Part shown: positions 48,436 to 57,799 of the stretch, piece by piece | Layout: every line of letters starts with the position of its first letter | How positions within the stretch are numbered: position 1 is the stretch's first letter | Source of the DNA: Bacteroidota bacterium | GTDB taxonomy: Bacteria > Bacteroidota > Ignavibacteria > Tepidaquicellales > Tepidaquicellaceae | Direction: 5' to 3' | NCBI GenBank assembly: GCA_036782875.1 | Contig: DAIPYG010000002.1 | Coordinates: 23,340-87,339 of the forward strand | DNA length: 64,000 nt | Notes under the pieces: model-generated | What the model was told of the DNA's origin: nothing | Databases searched by the model: none | The model's input: only the letters and a program-made list of their open reading frames with translations | Program-made: the position numbers and the translations under genes

Positions 48436-49343
48436 TAAATGATCTTATTCAGCTTGAGAATTTCTTCGGTAAAATTTAATCCCAGTCTTACTCCGGATTT
48501 TCTGATAAGCTTTCCTGCCTTGAGCTTATTGCCTTCATAAATTACATCTTCTATCCATAAACATTTATCCTTTGTCTTGACCAGTATCTTATCATTGGTT
48601 TTGTAAACAACATGTCCCGGAATTTCCAGATAGTCTTTACATGGATATAGCTCTGCATTTAATATTGTCATGCGCTTAGCATCATATATTGTGAATGCTC
48701 CGGGTCCTGCCGGTACTGACAAAGCTCTGATGAATCTTTCAATAAAAGCTGATTTATTATTCCAGTCGATCATGCAGTCTGATAGATTTCTTTTAGAATA
48801 ATATTTCGGGAATTTAATTCTCTGAGGTTTACTTTTGATTTTTCCGTATGTAAAATCGCATAATACTTTTACAATATTTTTTCTCTGATCAAGATCAACC
48901 GCATTCTTTAGTTCCGAAAAAGTAGTGTTTCTTTTGACAGGATATCTGAATGTATAAATCACATCTCCGCTGTCCAGACCTTCATCCATTAAATGAAGAG
49001 TGTAACCTAATTCATTATGATCATTGATGAATCCCCAGCCAAGCGTGTGATATCCCCTGTTTTCCGGAAGTAATCCGCCGTGAGAGTTAATTATTTTAAA
49101 TGAACTTATAATTTCAGCGGGAATTATTTTATGATAGTCGAGAGCTATGCTAATATCCGGATTCAGCTTAGACAGTATGTTAATGTCTGTTCCGAGATCA
49201 TAATCAGAAAATCCTTGAAGTTTGTCTTTATCTTTTTCTTTTACGTACCCGTATAGGTTTAATTTTTTGGAAACTAAAATCTGCTTTCCTATCTCAAGAG
49301 CAAGAGGACTTCCTCCTAATATGACAACATTCTTCTTACTCAA
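48435..49343 (-). CDS. Formyltransferase-fold protein (Fmt / ArnA N-terminal-domain-like)
   Basis: 302 aa. INSHGGLLPENRG...GYTLHLMDEGLDSGDVI is followed by an Fmt-type C-terminal domain. TTG start. TAATG overlap at 48435. Confidence 0.7.
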   Translation of the reverse strand: MSKKNVVILGGSPLALEIGKQILVSKKLNLYGYVKEKDKDKLQGFSDYDLGTDINILSKLNPDISIALDYHKIIPAEIISSFKIINSHGGLLPENRGYHTLGWGFINDHNELGYTLHLMDEGLDSGDVIYTFRYPVKRNTTFSELKNAVDLDQRKNIVKVLCDFTYGKIKSKPQRIKFPKYYSKRNLSDCMIDWNNKSAFIERFIRALSVPAGPGAFTIYDAKRMTILNAELYPCKDYLEIPGHVVYKTNDKILVKTKDKCLWIEDVIYEGNKLKAGKLIRKSGVRLGLNFTEEILKLNKII

Positions 49344-50337
49344 ATCTGATTGAAAAAGTATTTCTCAGCATGGGAATACTTCCGTATTTTTCCTTGTAAT
49401 TAATAAGTGAATAATGAGGCTTGAGTCCGAATGTCGCAGGTCCGAAGTCTACATACTTTATATTTCTTTCCTTTGCCCAGTTTAAAACATTATAATAAGT
49501 GAACTGCATACCTTTTAGTTCTCTCTGATCTTCATCGTCAAAAATATAAAAGGTATTTAGTGTATTCTGATTGCCAAGAAATCCAACTATTCCGGCAACG
49601 ACTTTATTATTATATAATGCTGTAAACGAAACAATGTTACCCGGAAAGAAAACGCTTATAGTGTTAAGTTCTTCATAGCTGTGTGTTGGTGTGCCTCCCA
49701 GCCTGTCCTGACTTTTTAAAAGCAAACTGTAAGTTTCATCAGTGATTATATTCTCTGCCCTGAATTCAAGATCATTTTTCTGCGCCTGTTTTATCTGCCT
49801 TTGAATAGTATTATGAAAACTGCTGTAGAAATCTTCTCCTGTATTTTTTACAAGTATCATTTCAAGACCCGATAGATCAAATCCCTTTAACTTCAGAATA
49901 TAGCTTATGTAATTATTTTTTTCTTTCAGTTCTCCGCAGTAGCAGTCAGCTGTCTGTGTAAAATATATCTCGTTGATGTTCTCCGATCTGAGGTTATTCA
50001 AAAAGAGATCTATTATCTTTTCCATCTCTTCAAACTTTAAGCATGTATCATAAACAATTCCACCGTATGATGAATAGAATGGTGTCTTATATACTTTCCT
50101 GTTTTGTTCTGATATATATACTGCACCGGGAATAAATGCGGCAATATTTTTCTTTTCATCTCTGAATAAAAAATGGTAAAATGTAAAATCCTTCATTGCA
50201 CTGAATTTTTTTTTATCATGGTAATTTAAAAATTTCGGTCTGTGAAATATCGTACAGTTTTCAGTTTGATTAAGAAATATTTCCAGACCTCTGTCTTCAG
50301 TATTTTGTTTTAATATTTCAACTTTAAATTCAGCCAT
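49336..50337 (-). CDS. FemAB-like / Acetyltransf_6 GNAT-fold protein
   Basis: 333 aa in two GNAT-like halves. IQRQIKQAQKNDLEF, VVAGIVGF and INYKEKYGS resemble the FemAB/BioF2-like family. Confidence 0.5.
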   Translation of the reverse strand: MAEFKVEILKQNTEDRGLEIFLNQTENCTIFHRPKFLNYHDKKKFSAMKDFTFYHFLFRDEKKNIAAFIPGAVYISEQNRKVYKTPFYSSYGGIVYDTCLKFEEMEKIIDLFLNNLRSENINEIYFTQTADCYCGELKEKNNYISYILKLKGFDLSGLEMILVKNTGEDFYSSFHNTIQRQIKQAQKNDLEFRAENIITDETYSLLLKSQDRLGGTPTHSYEELNTISVFFPGNIVSFTALYNNKVVAGIVGFLGNQNTLNTFYIFDDEDQRELKGMQFTYYNVLNWAKERNIKYVDFGPATFGLKPHYSLINYKEKYGSIPMLRNTFSIRFE

Positions 50338-50343
50338 TTTTAT

Positions 50344-51381
50344 TTACAACAATTCCACCAGCAACTGACCATTATAATCAGTTTGTCCTTGAAGCATTAA
50401 CTCTCCTGCTTTTAATCCGCCGGACTGAAGTCTTATCACAGGATCAAATCCTATATCAGAAGGAAGAACACCCATATGCCCGCTCTGTACTTTCTCTGGA
50501 AAATATTTCAATCCTTTTTCATCTGACACAACTGTATCTATATCTCCTGCATATCTGAGAATAAGCGGATCATTAAATTCTTTCATAAGTGTACCGGCCG
50601 TAATTACACTTGTCTCATCTCCTATCCATTTTTTGTCAAAAGGATATGCAGTGAATATTATTGCTTCACAGTCTTTGTATTTTTCAGTTACTTTTATTTC
50701 AGGAAAATCCGAAAGCCATTCAATATTGCTATCATAATTTTTTCTGTTCTCCTTTTTATCTATCACTCCGAGATTTTTACAAACCCTGCTCAGGGTTTGT
50801 GCTATATATGGTCCGAATTGGTTGTTACATAAAAGAACGAAATTGTTATCATAAAGGCAAACACCGGAATCTAATATTTGCTTTACAGCCATATCACCGA
50901 GATAGCTGAATACATTTATATCCGGATGACGCTCATTTGTAGCTCCGACCGGAATACCTTTATCCTTGCAGTATTTTAAGTCCAGATCCGAATCACGAAG
51001 TTCCCAGGATTCATACATAAGTGGAATTACACATCCTTTTTTAATATGCTTTAGTAAATCCATATTGACAGGTCTCAGGTGACCGGAGTTTGTAATGATG
51101 TCAGCTTTTGAAATAACATTGCTGTCAAGTCTGTCAATGTAATTTATATCAATATCAGTACCAAGATCTGCTAATATCTTCCTGTTAATTTCAAAAACTT
51201 CCATAGCAGAACCGTACCTCGAATTTTTTGCATATGCAAATACTTTGGCTCCGGCTAATGCGCCGGTAATGGATGTTACAATATAAGGACCTGTTGCTGC
51301 TTCAGTTAATAAGATCTTCCCTGATAAGTTCAGTGAAAGTGCTTCGATCTGTTTTTTTATTTTATGTAGAACTTTTCTCAA
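50344..51381 (-). CDS. Hypothetical protein, no family recognised
   Basis: 345 aa, soluble, with the codon usage and spacing of a real gene inside the operon. It has alternating beta/alpha-like segments but no canonical GxGxxG. TTG start. Confidence 0.6.
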   Translation of the reverse strand: MRKVLHKIKKQIEALSLNLSGKILLTEAATGPYIVTSITGALAGAKVFAYAKNSRYGSAMEVFEINRKILADLGTDIDINYIDRLDSNVISKADIITNSGHLRPVNMDLLKHIKKGCVIPLMYESWELRDSDLDLKYCKDKGIPVGATNERHPDINVFSYLGDMAVKQILDSGVCLYDNNFVLLCNNQFGPYIAQTLSRVCKNLGVIDKKENRKNYDSNIEWLSDFPEIKVTEKYKDCEAIIFTAYPFDKKWIGDETSVITAGTLMKEFNDPLILRYAGDIDTVVSDEKGLKYFPEKVQSGHMGVLPSDIGFDPVIRLQSGGLKAGELMLQGQTDYNGQLLVELL

Positions 51382-51407
51382 CTGATTTAAGTAACCGGGT
51401 TGGTAAA

Positions 51408-52340
51408 TTATTTTAATGTGGCTGTAATGGACTTAATCTGTGAGCAGGGATTTGATACAGTTCCGTCTTCTGAATTTTTCCATTCAAGTATTTTTATTGT
51501 CCCTGAACCGCACAACACTTCTGCTCCTTCTTCATCCATTTTAATGACTCTTCCTGGGATTCTTCCTGAATAAACTTTATTGTTCAGATCCCCCACTTTC
51601 GCTTTGTTTATAAGATACTTTTCATTATTAAAATAACAGAATGCGCCGGGATAAGGAAATGCAACTGCCCTGATGAGATTATGTATTTCTAAGGAAGAGC
51701 AAGACCAGTTTATTCTTCCGTCTTCCGGAATTCTCCTGCATGTATAAGTTGATATCCGCTCATCCTGTACTTTAAATTTTAACGTGTCTGATCTTATATC
51801 TTCAAAAAAATTCATAATTAATTCTATCGCTGCCTTTGTCATCTTTTTATCTACATCAAAGCCCTGATTATCAGATGATATAGCAATTTTTGCCTGTGAA
51901 ATTATTTCTCCTGAATCAATTTCACCGTCCCCTATCCGGAAAAGCGTTACGCCCGATTCTGTTTCCCCGTTTATTATTGCCCACTGCACGGGTGCAAATC
52001 CCCTGTATTTAGGCAGTAATGAAAAATGAGATGCAATAAATCCGTACTTTAAATTAAGATCCGGATCTGTATTTATTAAAGTTCTCCATCCTAGGACTAA
52101 AGCAAAATCCGAATTGGAATTTTTAATTTCATTATAATCATCATCTGTTAGTTTTTTCCTGATTTGAAAAGTGATATTACACGACTTAAGCAGCTCTGTT
52201 ATTTTCAGTGAATATTTTTCAGGCTCCTGATCATCTTCCTTTAAAATCACAGCAAACACAGGAAGATAATTTTTTTCAATCAAAGCTTTAAGAAGTTCGT
52301 ATCCTCTTTTAGTTCCGCCTATGAACGTAAACCTGCTCAT
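51408..52340 (-). CDS. Formyltransferase (Fmt-like), second copy
   Basis: 310 aa. ASHFSLLPKYRGFAPVQWAIINGETESGVTLF closely follows the Fmt active-site signature. A C-terminal OB-like domain is present. Confidence 0.8.
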   Translation of the reverse strand: MSRFTFIGGTKRGYELLKALIEKNYLPVFAVILKEDDQEPEKYSLKITELLKSCNITFQIRKKLTDDDYNEIKNSNSDFALVLGWRTLINTDPDLNLKYGFIASHFSLLPKYRGFAPVQWAIINGETESGVTLFRIGDGEIDSGEIISQAKIAISSDNQGFDVDKKMTKAAIELIMNFFEDIRSDTLKFKVQDERISTYTCRRIPEDGRINWSCSSLEIHNLIRAVAFPYPGAFCYFNNEKYLINKAKVGDLNNKVYSGRIPGRVIKMDEEGAEVLCGSGTIKILEWKNSEDGTVSNPCSQIKSITATLK

Positions 52341-52382
52341 ATATACTTTGAAATTATATCTATCTTATTAATCGACATAAAT

Positions 52383-53900
52383 TCATGTATTAAATTTCAA
52401 AGATGACTTTATATCTTTCCTTCCCAGATAAATTACAATCACTGTCATCAATCCGATTATCGGAAGCTGGATGTAATATGCGAGATTTGAAAAAGTAAAC
52501 GTATTCATGAATGCCAGCTGATTCGGAAAATCGTATGCCGACTCACTCTCAATGGGAATGCCGTTCAGCGGAATATATATTTTCGACAGAATTATTGAGA
52601 AAGCAATAAGCACACCGAATAGTTTGTTACTCATATTCATTTCTCTTAATACCAGTATAGTAAATAATAAAATGAACGGAATGAAATTTGAAACTAATCT
52701 GGTCTCTGAAGTAAACATCAGTAGAATAGTAATTATAAATGAGACCAGAACTCCGAATCCAAAGCTCTCAATAATGTTCTTGTATCTGCTGAGAAAAAAA
52801 TACATAAGTATAAACATTGGACCGTAACAGGTTATCGCAACAAGTATGTATCCAAGCGGTTTTAGAGTGCTGTAAAGTGATATGCAGTAAAATACTTTCA
52901 TAAAGGATGAACTCTGTCCTCCCGCCTCTGGATTACTTAGAATCTTCAAAGGTATGAAAACAGCTGCATACATTAATGCACATATTAAAACGTGTTTCAG
53001 CTTTATACCGGAAAGTAAGTTCTTTGCAAACTGAAAATATTTTGTAAAACTAAATGCCGGGATGAATATTCTGAAAATATATACCATCAGAATATAATTT
53101 AAAACTGCTGCCACAAACAATAATGAGTCTATAAAAGGAACTGCCTTTTTGACATAAGGAAACAACTGACCGAACATCATATATTTGTAGATGTAATAAG
53201 AACTCAAAGCAAGAAAAGGAAGAGGGATCAGAAAAGCAAGTATGTTAACTTTATGTTTTTCAAACTTTTCAGAAAATACTGAGCCGGAGCTCATCGGAAA
53301 TATTATCATTAATATTCCGTAATACATAAAGCTTGGCCAGGTCAGAGCGCCTAATACAGACACAATAATTTTTCCCGTCAGATTATTATTCAGATGAAAG
53401 TATAGCAACAAAAATCCCAGAGTAAATGCGGTAAGATCAGTGAGTACAGGGTACCAGAATGTTACCATTACATTGGCAAAATTTACAAAGCCGAAAACAA
53501 ATCCGAGCCAGATATATCTCAGATCGAGTCTGTATATATTAGCGATCCTGATCCAGATAAGCGCGCAAACCTGCAGCAGTATCATGTGATAGATCTGCCA
53601 TAGCTTTACAATGTAATAATTTTCTTTCGGCATATTAATTACTGTGAGAACACAACTTATAATAAATGAAGGAAATATTCTCTGTATCCTGTAAAACGTA
53701 AGCTCTCCTCCGAATACCTGCTGATAGAATTTTTTGGCTGTTGTCCCGTAGTAATTTCCGTCATATCCGAAGCCGTCATTCACGGATAATACATATCCGA
53801 AAAAGAAATAATAGAATGCCCACAATGCTATTAATGCAAGCATGCTGTATTGCGGATATTCCCAGATATACCGGAAGATGCTCTTCCTTTTTTCGATCAT
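52383..53900 (-). CDS. Polytopic membrane protein (about 13 helices), GT-C-like or polymerase candidate
   Basis: 505 aa. The first loop NDGFGYDGNYYG is acidic and aromatic, as in GT-C enzymes. It has no Wzx/MATE-like pattern. Confidence 0.4.
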   Translation of the reverse strand: MIEKRKSIFRYIWEYPQYSMLALIALWAFYYFFFGYVLSVNDGFGYDGNYYGTTAKKFYQQVFGGELTFYRIQRIFPSFIISCVLTVINMPKENYYIVKLWQIYHMILLQVCALIWIRIANIYRLDLRYIWLGFVFGFVNFANVMVTFWYPVLTDLTAFTLGFLLLYFHLNNNLTGKIIVSVLGALTWPSFMYYGILMIIFPMSSGSVFSEKFEKHKVNILAFLIPLPFLALSSYYIYKYMMFGQLFPYVKKAVPFIDSLLFVAAVLNYILMVYIFRIFIPAFSFTKYFQFAKNLLSGIKLKHVLICALMYAAVFIPLKILSNPEAGGQSSSFMKVFYCISLYSTLKPLGYILVAITCYGPMFILMYFFLSRYKNIIESFGFGVLVSFIITILLMFTSETRLVSNFIPFILLFTILVLREMNMSNKLFGVLIAFSIILSKIYIPLNGIPIESESAYDFPNQLAFMNTFTFSNLAYYIQLPIIGLMTVIVIYLGRKDIKSSLKFNT

Positions 53901-53969
53901 ATAAAATTAAATTGGTTTTTATTTATTCCTTTTTACATCATAAGGCAAGTATGTGTGCTGAATCGAATT

Positions 53970-54974
53970 TTACTTTATCAGCACTTCCCTCCCTGAATTT
54001 TTTATTGATTCCTGAGATGCTTCAAGTATTTTTATTACTTCAAGACCTGAATTAAAATCCGATACCGGCTTATGACCGTTTATTATTGCTGAAATGAAAT
54101 CTGAAGCCATACCTGACAGAGCTTCTTTTGGATCAAGCTTGGGTGTATAAATATCACCTGTCCTGTAATCTACAAGCACCTTCTTCTTGTCTTCATCTGT
54201 CTTATGCTCATAACCCGTATCATAGACCTTGATCTTTTCAGTAGGCTCTATGTCATTGAAGACTATCATTTTCTTATCACCGCCGATCAGCATCATCCGT
54301 ATTTTCACAGGTGAGCTCCATGAGCAGCTGAAGTGAGCTATAAATCCTGAATTATAATTTACATTTATATATGCAATGTTCTCGATGCCGTTATTTGTAT
54401 GTGAAACTCCGTTGGCATTAACACTGTACGGTTTTTCATCGACAAGATAATTTAAAATGGAAATGTCATGAGGCGCAAGATCCCATAAAACGTTTACGTC
54501 GGGCTGAAAGAGTCCGAGATTTATTCTCGTGGAATCAAAATATTTAATATTTCCAATATCACCGCTTTCAATCAGTGATTTCATTTTCTGCACGGCACCT
54601 GTATAAAGAAATGTATGATCAACCATAAGCACTTTATTTTTTTTATCCGCAAGCTCAATTAATTTTTTCGCCTGGTCTGTTCCTGATACCATAGGTTTTT
54701 CAATCAGCACATGCTTGTCGTTTTGAAGAGCTTTTAATGCCAGATCAAAGTGTGTAAACACAGGAGTTGCGATCACAACTGCATCTATTTCAGCATTATT
54801 TAATATGTCATCAGCTGATGTGGAAAAAGCTGCTGAAGGACATAATTTACTTAATGCTGCTTCCCGCTCAGATCTTGCATCTACAACCATTTTCAGATTT
54901 ACATTCTTAAGACCGGCAAAATTTCTTACAAGGTTTGTTCCCCAGTATCCGAAACCTATTATTCCTATGTTCAT
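53970..54974 (-). CDS. Gfo/Idh/MocA-family oxidoreductase (WbpB/GnnA-like sugar 3-dehydrogenase)
   Basis: 334 aa with MNIGIIGFGYWG and EKPM. Confidence 0.8.
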   Translation of the reverse strand: MNIGIIGFGYWGTNLVRNFAGLKNVNLKMVVDARSEREAALSKLCPSAAFSTSADDILNNAEIDAVVIATPVFTHFDLALKALQNDKHVLIEKPMVSGTDQAKKLIELADKKNKVLMVDHTFLYTGAVQKMKSLIESGDIGNIKYFDSTRINLGLFQPDVNVLWDLAPHDISILNYLVDEKPYSVNANGVSHTNNGIENIAYINVNYNSGFIAHFSCSWSSPVKIRMMLIGGDKKMIVFNDIEPTEKIKVYDTGYEHKTDEDKKKVLVDYRTGDIYTPKLDPKEALSGMASDFISAIINGHKPVSDFNSGLEVIKILEASQESIKNSGREVLIK

Positions 54975-54999
54975 TTTATTTATTTAGATTTATTTATTT

Positions 55000-56115
55000 T
55001 TATATTAAATTTTTAACAGCTTCTATAGTTATATCCGCCTGCTCTTTTGTTAAAGCAAGACCGCTTGGAATGTAGAATCCGTATTCTGCTATTCTTTCCG
55101 AAACCGGATAAGATTCATTTTTAAAAAATCCCATTTTTCTTAACACCGGCTGAAGATGCATTGGATAAAAGAAAGGACGGGTGCCTATCTTCTTCTCAGA
55201 TAGTATCTTCATCGCCTGTTCAGCATTTATCCCGGCTTCCTTCTTAAGGACAATTCCATAGACCCAGTAAATATTATCCGAAAAATCTTTTTTTCTTAAA
55301 GGCAGGTCAATGAACGGCACATCTTTAAGTCCTTCGTAATATATATTTCCGGTTATCCTTTTTATTTCTATAAACTCTTCCAGCTTTTCCAGCTGGGCTA
55401 CTCCGAGAGCTGCCTGCATATTAGTCATTCTGAAATTAAATCCTAATTCATCATGCACAAATCTTTTCTCCGGCCTGAAACACAGATTACGGAGTGATCT
55501 GCATCTTCCGGCAATCTCTTCATTATCGGTCACTATCATTCCGCCTTCTCCTGTCGTAATGTGCTTGTTAGGATAAAAGCTGAAAGTGCTCACATCTCCA
55601 AAGCTGCCGCATTGCTTTCCGAAATAAGTCTGACCTATTAATTCTGCTGCATCTTCAATTATTTTTAAATTGTACTTCTCTGCCAGTTGCATAACAGGAT
55701 TCATATCGACAGGCAGACCGTAAATATGAACAACCATTATCGCTCTGGTCTTTGAGGTTATTTTTTTTTCGATCTGATTCACATCCATATTCCATGTATC
55801 CGCTTCTGAATCTGTGAGTACGGGTATAGCTCCTGCTCTTATTACAGCAGACGCACATGAAATTATAGTGAATGCCGGCATTATAACCTCGTCATCTTTG
55901 CCGATACCTGCGGCAATTACTGCCGCCTCCAGAGCAGCTGTTCCGTTACATACGGCTATTCCGAATCTTCTTCCGGTTCTTGCTGCGAAGCTGTCTTCTA
56001 GTTTTTTTACAAACGGTCCTTCTGATGAGATCCATCCCGTGTCTATGCATTCATTAAGATATTTTTTCTCATTACCATTCAGCAATGGTTCGTTAACAGG
56101 GATAAAACTATTCAT
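55000..56115 (-). CDS. DegT-family aminotransferase (WbpE/GnnB-like)
   Basis: 371 aa with PLP lysine in FSFYPNKHITTGEGGM. It abuts the upstream stop (TAGATG). Confidence 0.85.
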   Translation of the reverse strand: MNSFIPVNEPLLNGNEKKYLNECIDTGWISSEGPFVKKLEDSFAARTGRRFGIAVCNGTAALEAAVIAAGIGKDDEVIMPAFTIISCASAVIRAGAIPVLTDSEADTWNMDVNQIEKKITSKTRAIMVVHIYGLPVDMNPVMQLAEKYNLKIIEDAAELIGQTYFGKQCGSFGDVSTFSFYPNKHITTGEGGMIVTDNEEIAGRCRSLRNLCFRPEKRFVHDELGFNFRMTNMQAALGVAQLEKLEEFIEIKRITGNIYYEGLKDVPFIDLPLRKKDFSDNIYWVYGIVLKKEAGINAEQAMKILSEKKIGTRPFFYPMHLQPVLRKMGFFKNESYPVSERIAEYGFYIPSGLALTKEQADITIEAVKNLI

Positions 56116-56544
56116 CTATTTTACAATTGTCTTTTCTTTGTTAATTCCTGAAAACCTTGTTTTGTCTTCATCGCCGGCGTATGGTCCCTGTTTCACTTCG
56201 ATCATTTCTATTTCCTCCAGTACTTCAAATCCATGTCCGCCGGTCGCAAGCAAAATGACATCGCCTCTTTCAAGAATCCTGCTTTCAAGATAATTTTTTT
56301 CATCATCATAAAAATCTACGCGAAGCTTACCTTTTTTTATAAACAGCACTTCCTGAGTGTACTGAACTTCCCTGGGCAGCGGATTATGAACATGCGGCTC
56401 TATTACCTTTCCTGCCGGATGATGCATATAAGCTAACTGCTGTGAAAGATCATTAGGTGTGAAGAAGTGAATTCCCTCTTTCTTGAAATCGTTTTTGATG
56501 ATCAGTGCCAGAAGCCTGTCATTATGTTTTATGTTCTCTACCAT
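56116..56544 (-). CDS. Cupin-fold protein (WbuC-like)
   Basis: 142 aa with His-rich HHPAGKVIEPHVH and the late VKQGPY motif. Confidence 0.5.
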   Translation of the reverse strand: MVENIKHNDRLLALIIKNDFKKEGIHFFTPNDLSQQLAYMHHPAGKVIEPHVHNPLPREVQYTQEVLFIKKGKLRVDFYDDEKNYLESRILERGDVILLATGGHGFEVLEEIEMIEVKQGPYAGDEDKTRFSGINKEKTIVK

Positions 56545-56584
56545 ATTTTAATGAACTCTTTGACTGCATTTATTGAGATTTAAT

Positions 56585-57772
56585 TCAATTATTCTGCAAC
56601 TCGGATTTATTTAATTTTTCTTTCTCCATCAATTTTTTAAAAATATCAAAAACCCGGTTCACACTAATATTGTTAATGTCTATTTCAGAACTTATAAAAT
56701 ACTTACTTACCATCGCTGCATAATCATGCATTTCAGAATAAATCTCTTCAGGGTAAATTGTTTTCACCAAGGGAGTAATTTCTTCCGGATAAGGATTGAA
56801 CCTGCCGAAATGATTTCCGTTTGATATACAAATTGTCATTGTGTTCACAGCAGCTCCTATATGAACCGCGCAGGTTTCATTTGAAATTACAAGTTTGGCG
56901 TCAGTTATTAATTCTACTAACTGGCTTAAACTTGTTTGACCTGTTTTATCCACTATATTCTTGATATCAGCTCGTTTCATGATCTCCTTTGCAATCTGTT
57001 TGTCTGATTCGTTTCCGCAAATGTAAATTTTTGAATTTGATATCTCCTGGATTTTTATGCACAGTTTTGCAAAATTTTCAGGTGACCATTTTCTCCAGTT
57101 ATTACCGGCTCCGGGAAAGATTACGAAGTATTCTTCTGCTGACGCATTCTTTTTTATTTCAAAAAATGGCTTTTTAATCTCAGCTCTATTATCGGTTATC
57201 TTCTCTATGAATTTTTTATTCCTGTAAAAAAGGAATACGGATTTATTTTCATTATCAATTGGTGCGTTGATGGAATTCATTGCAGATCCGTTTCTATTCA
57301 AAGCGGGCAATATTCTTTCCGTGGCAGATATAACGTTATCTATTCCGCACCTTTTGATTATATAATCGCTGATCCGTGAATTCATATCATTTGGTTGTAG
57401 TAATGCTTCAAATCCTTTTAAATGTAGTTTCAGCATTAAAAAGTTAGAATACAGCCACTCTGAACTTTTTCTGAATCTATTCTTATCTACCCATATAAAT
57501 TCATCGATGTATTCTTTGTCATACTTTTCTGCCAGTTCGCGCCATAAAATGTTTCCGCAAATTGTGAATTTGTATCCTTTGAATCTTTCTGACTCTTTTA
57601 AGATCTTTATGAAATTTCTGAAAAGAATGTAATCACCTATTGCGTCAAGTCTTAAAATCAAAAGAGTTTTCTTTCGTGTAATTAAAGATTTTCTTTTTAA
57701 AAATACTTCTGAGGTTTTCAGCAGGAAATTTCTGAATTTTATTTTTATCTCTGTCAGCAGTCTAAAATTAAT
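56585..57772 (-). CDS. Glycosyltransferase family 9 (heptosyltransferase-like); start uncertain
   Basis: LRLDAIGDYILF and ISNETCAVHIGAAV motifs are present. The track start is TTG 57661 (MILRLD...). The frame is open to 57772, and KKTLLILRLDAIGD suggests an upstream non-canonical start. Confidence 0.7.
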   Translation of the reverse strand: MNFRLLTEIKIKFRNFLLKTSEVFLKRKSLITRKKTLLILRLDAIGDYILFRNFIKILKESERFKGYKFTICGNILWRELAEKYDKEYIDEFIWVDKNRFRKSSEWLYSNFLMLKLHLKGFEALLQPNDMNSRISDYIIKRCGIDNVISATERILPALNRNGSAMNSINAPIDNENKSVFLFYRNKKFIEKITDNRAEIKKPFFEIKKNASAEEYFVIFPGAGNNWRKWSPENFAKLCIKIQEISNSKIYICGNESDKQIAKEIMKRADIKNIVDKTGQTSLSQLVELITDAKLVISNETCAVHIGAAVNTMTICISNGNHFGRFNPYPEEITPLVKTIYPEEIYSEMHDYAAMVSKYFISSEIDINNISVNRVFDIFKKLMEKEKLNKSELQNN

Positions 57773-57799
57773 TTAATTTCGAATAATTGTTTCTGTAAT

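Noticed and set aside
24166-56293. Other long plus-strand ORFs inside the locus (24166-24567, 28216-28653, 29046-29582, 41206-41601 and 55814-56293, among others)
   Set aside because: All are antisense to minus-strand genes that carry clear family motifs. Their translations are Phe/Ile/Ser/Cys-rich with no recognisable domains. I treat them as shadow ORFs.
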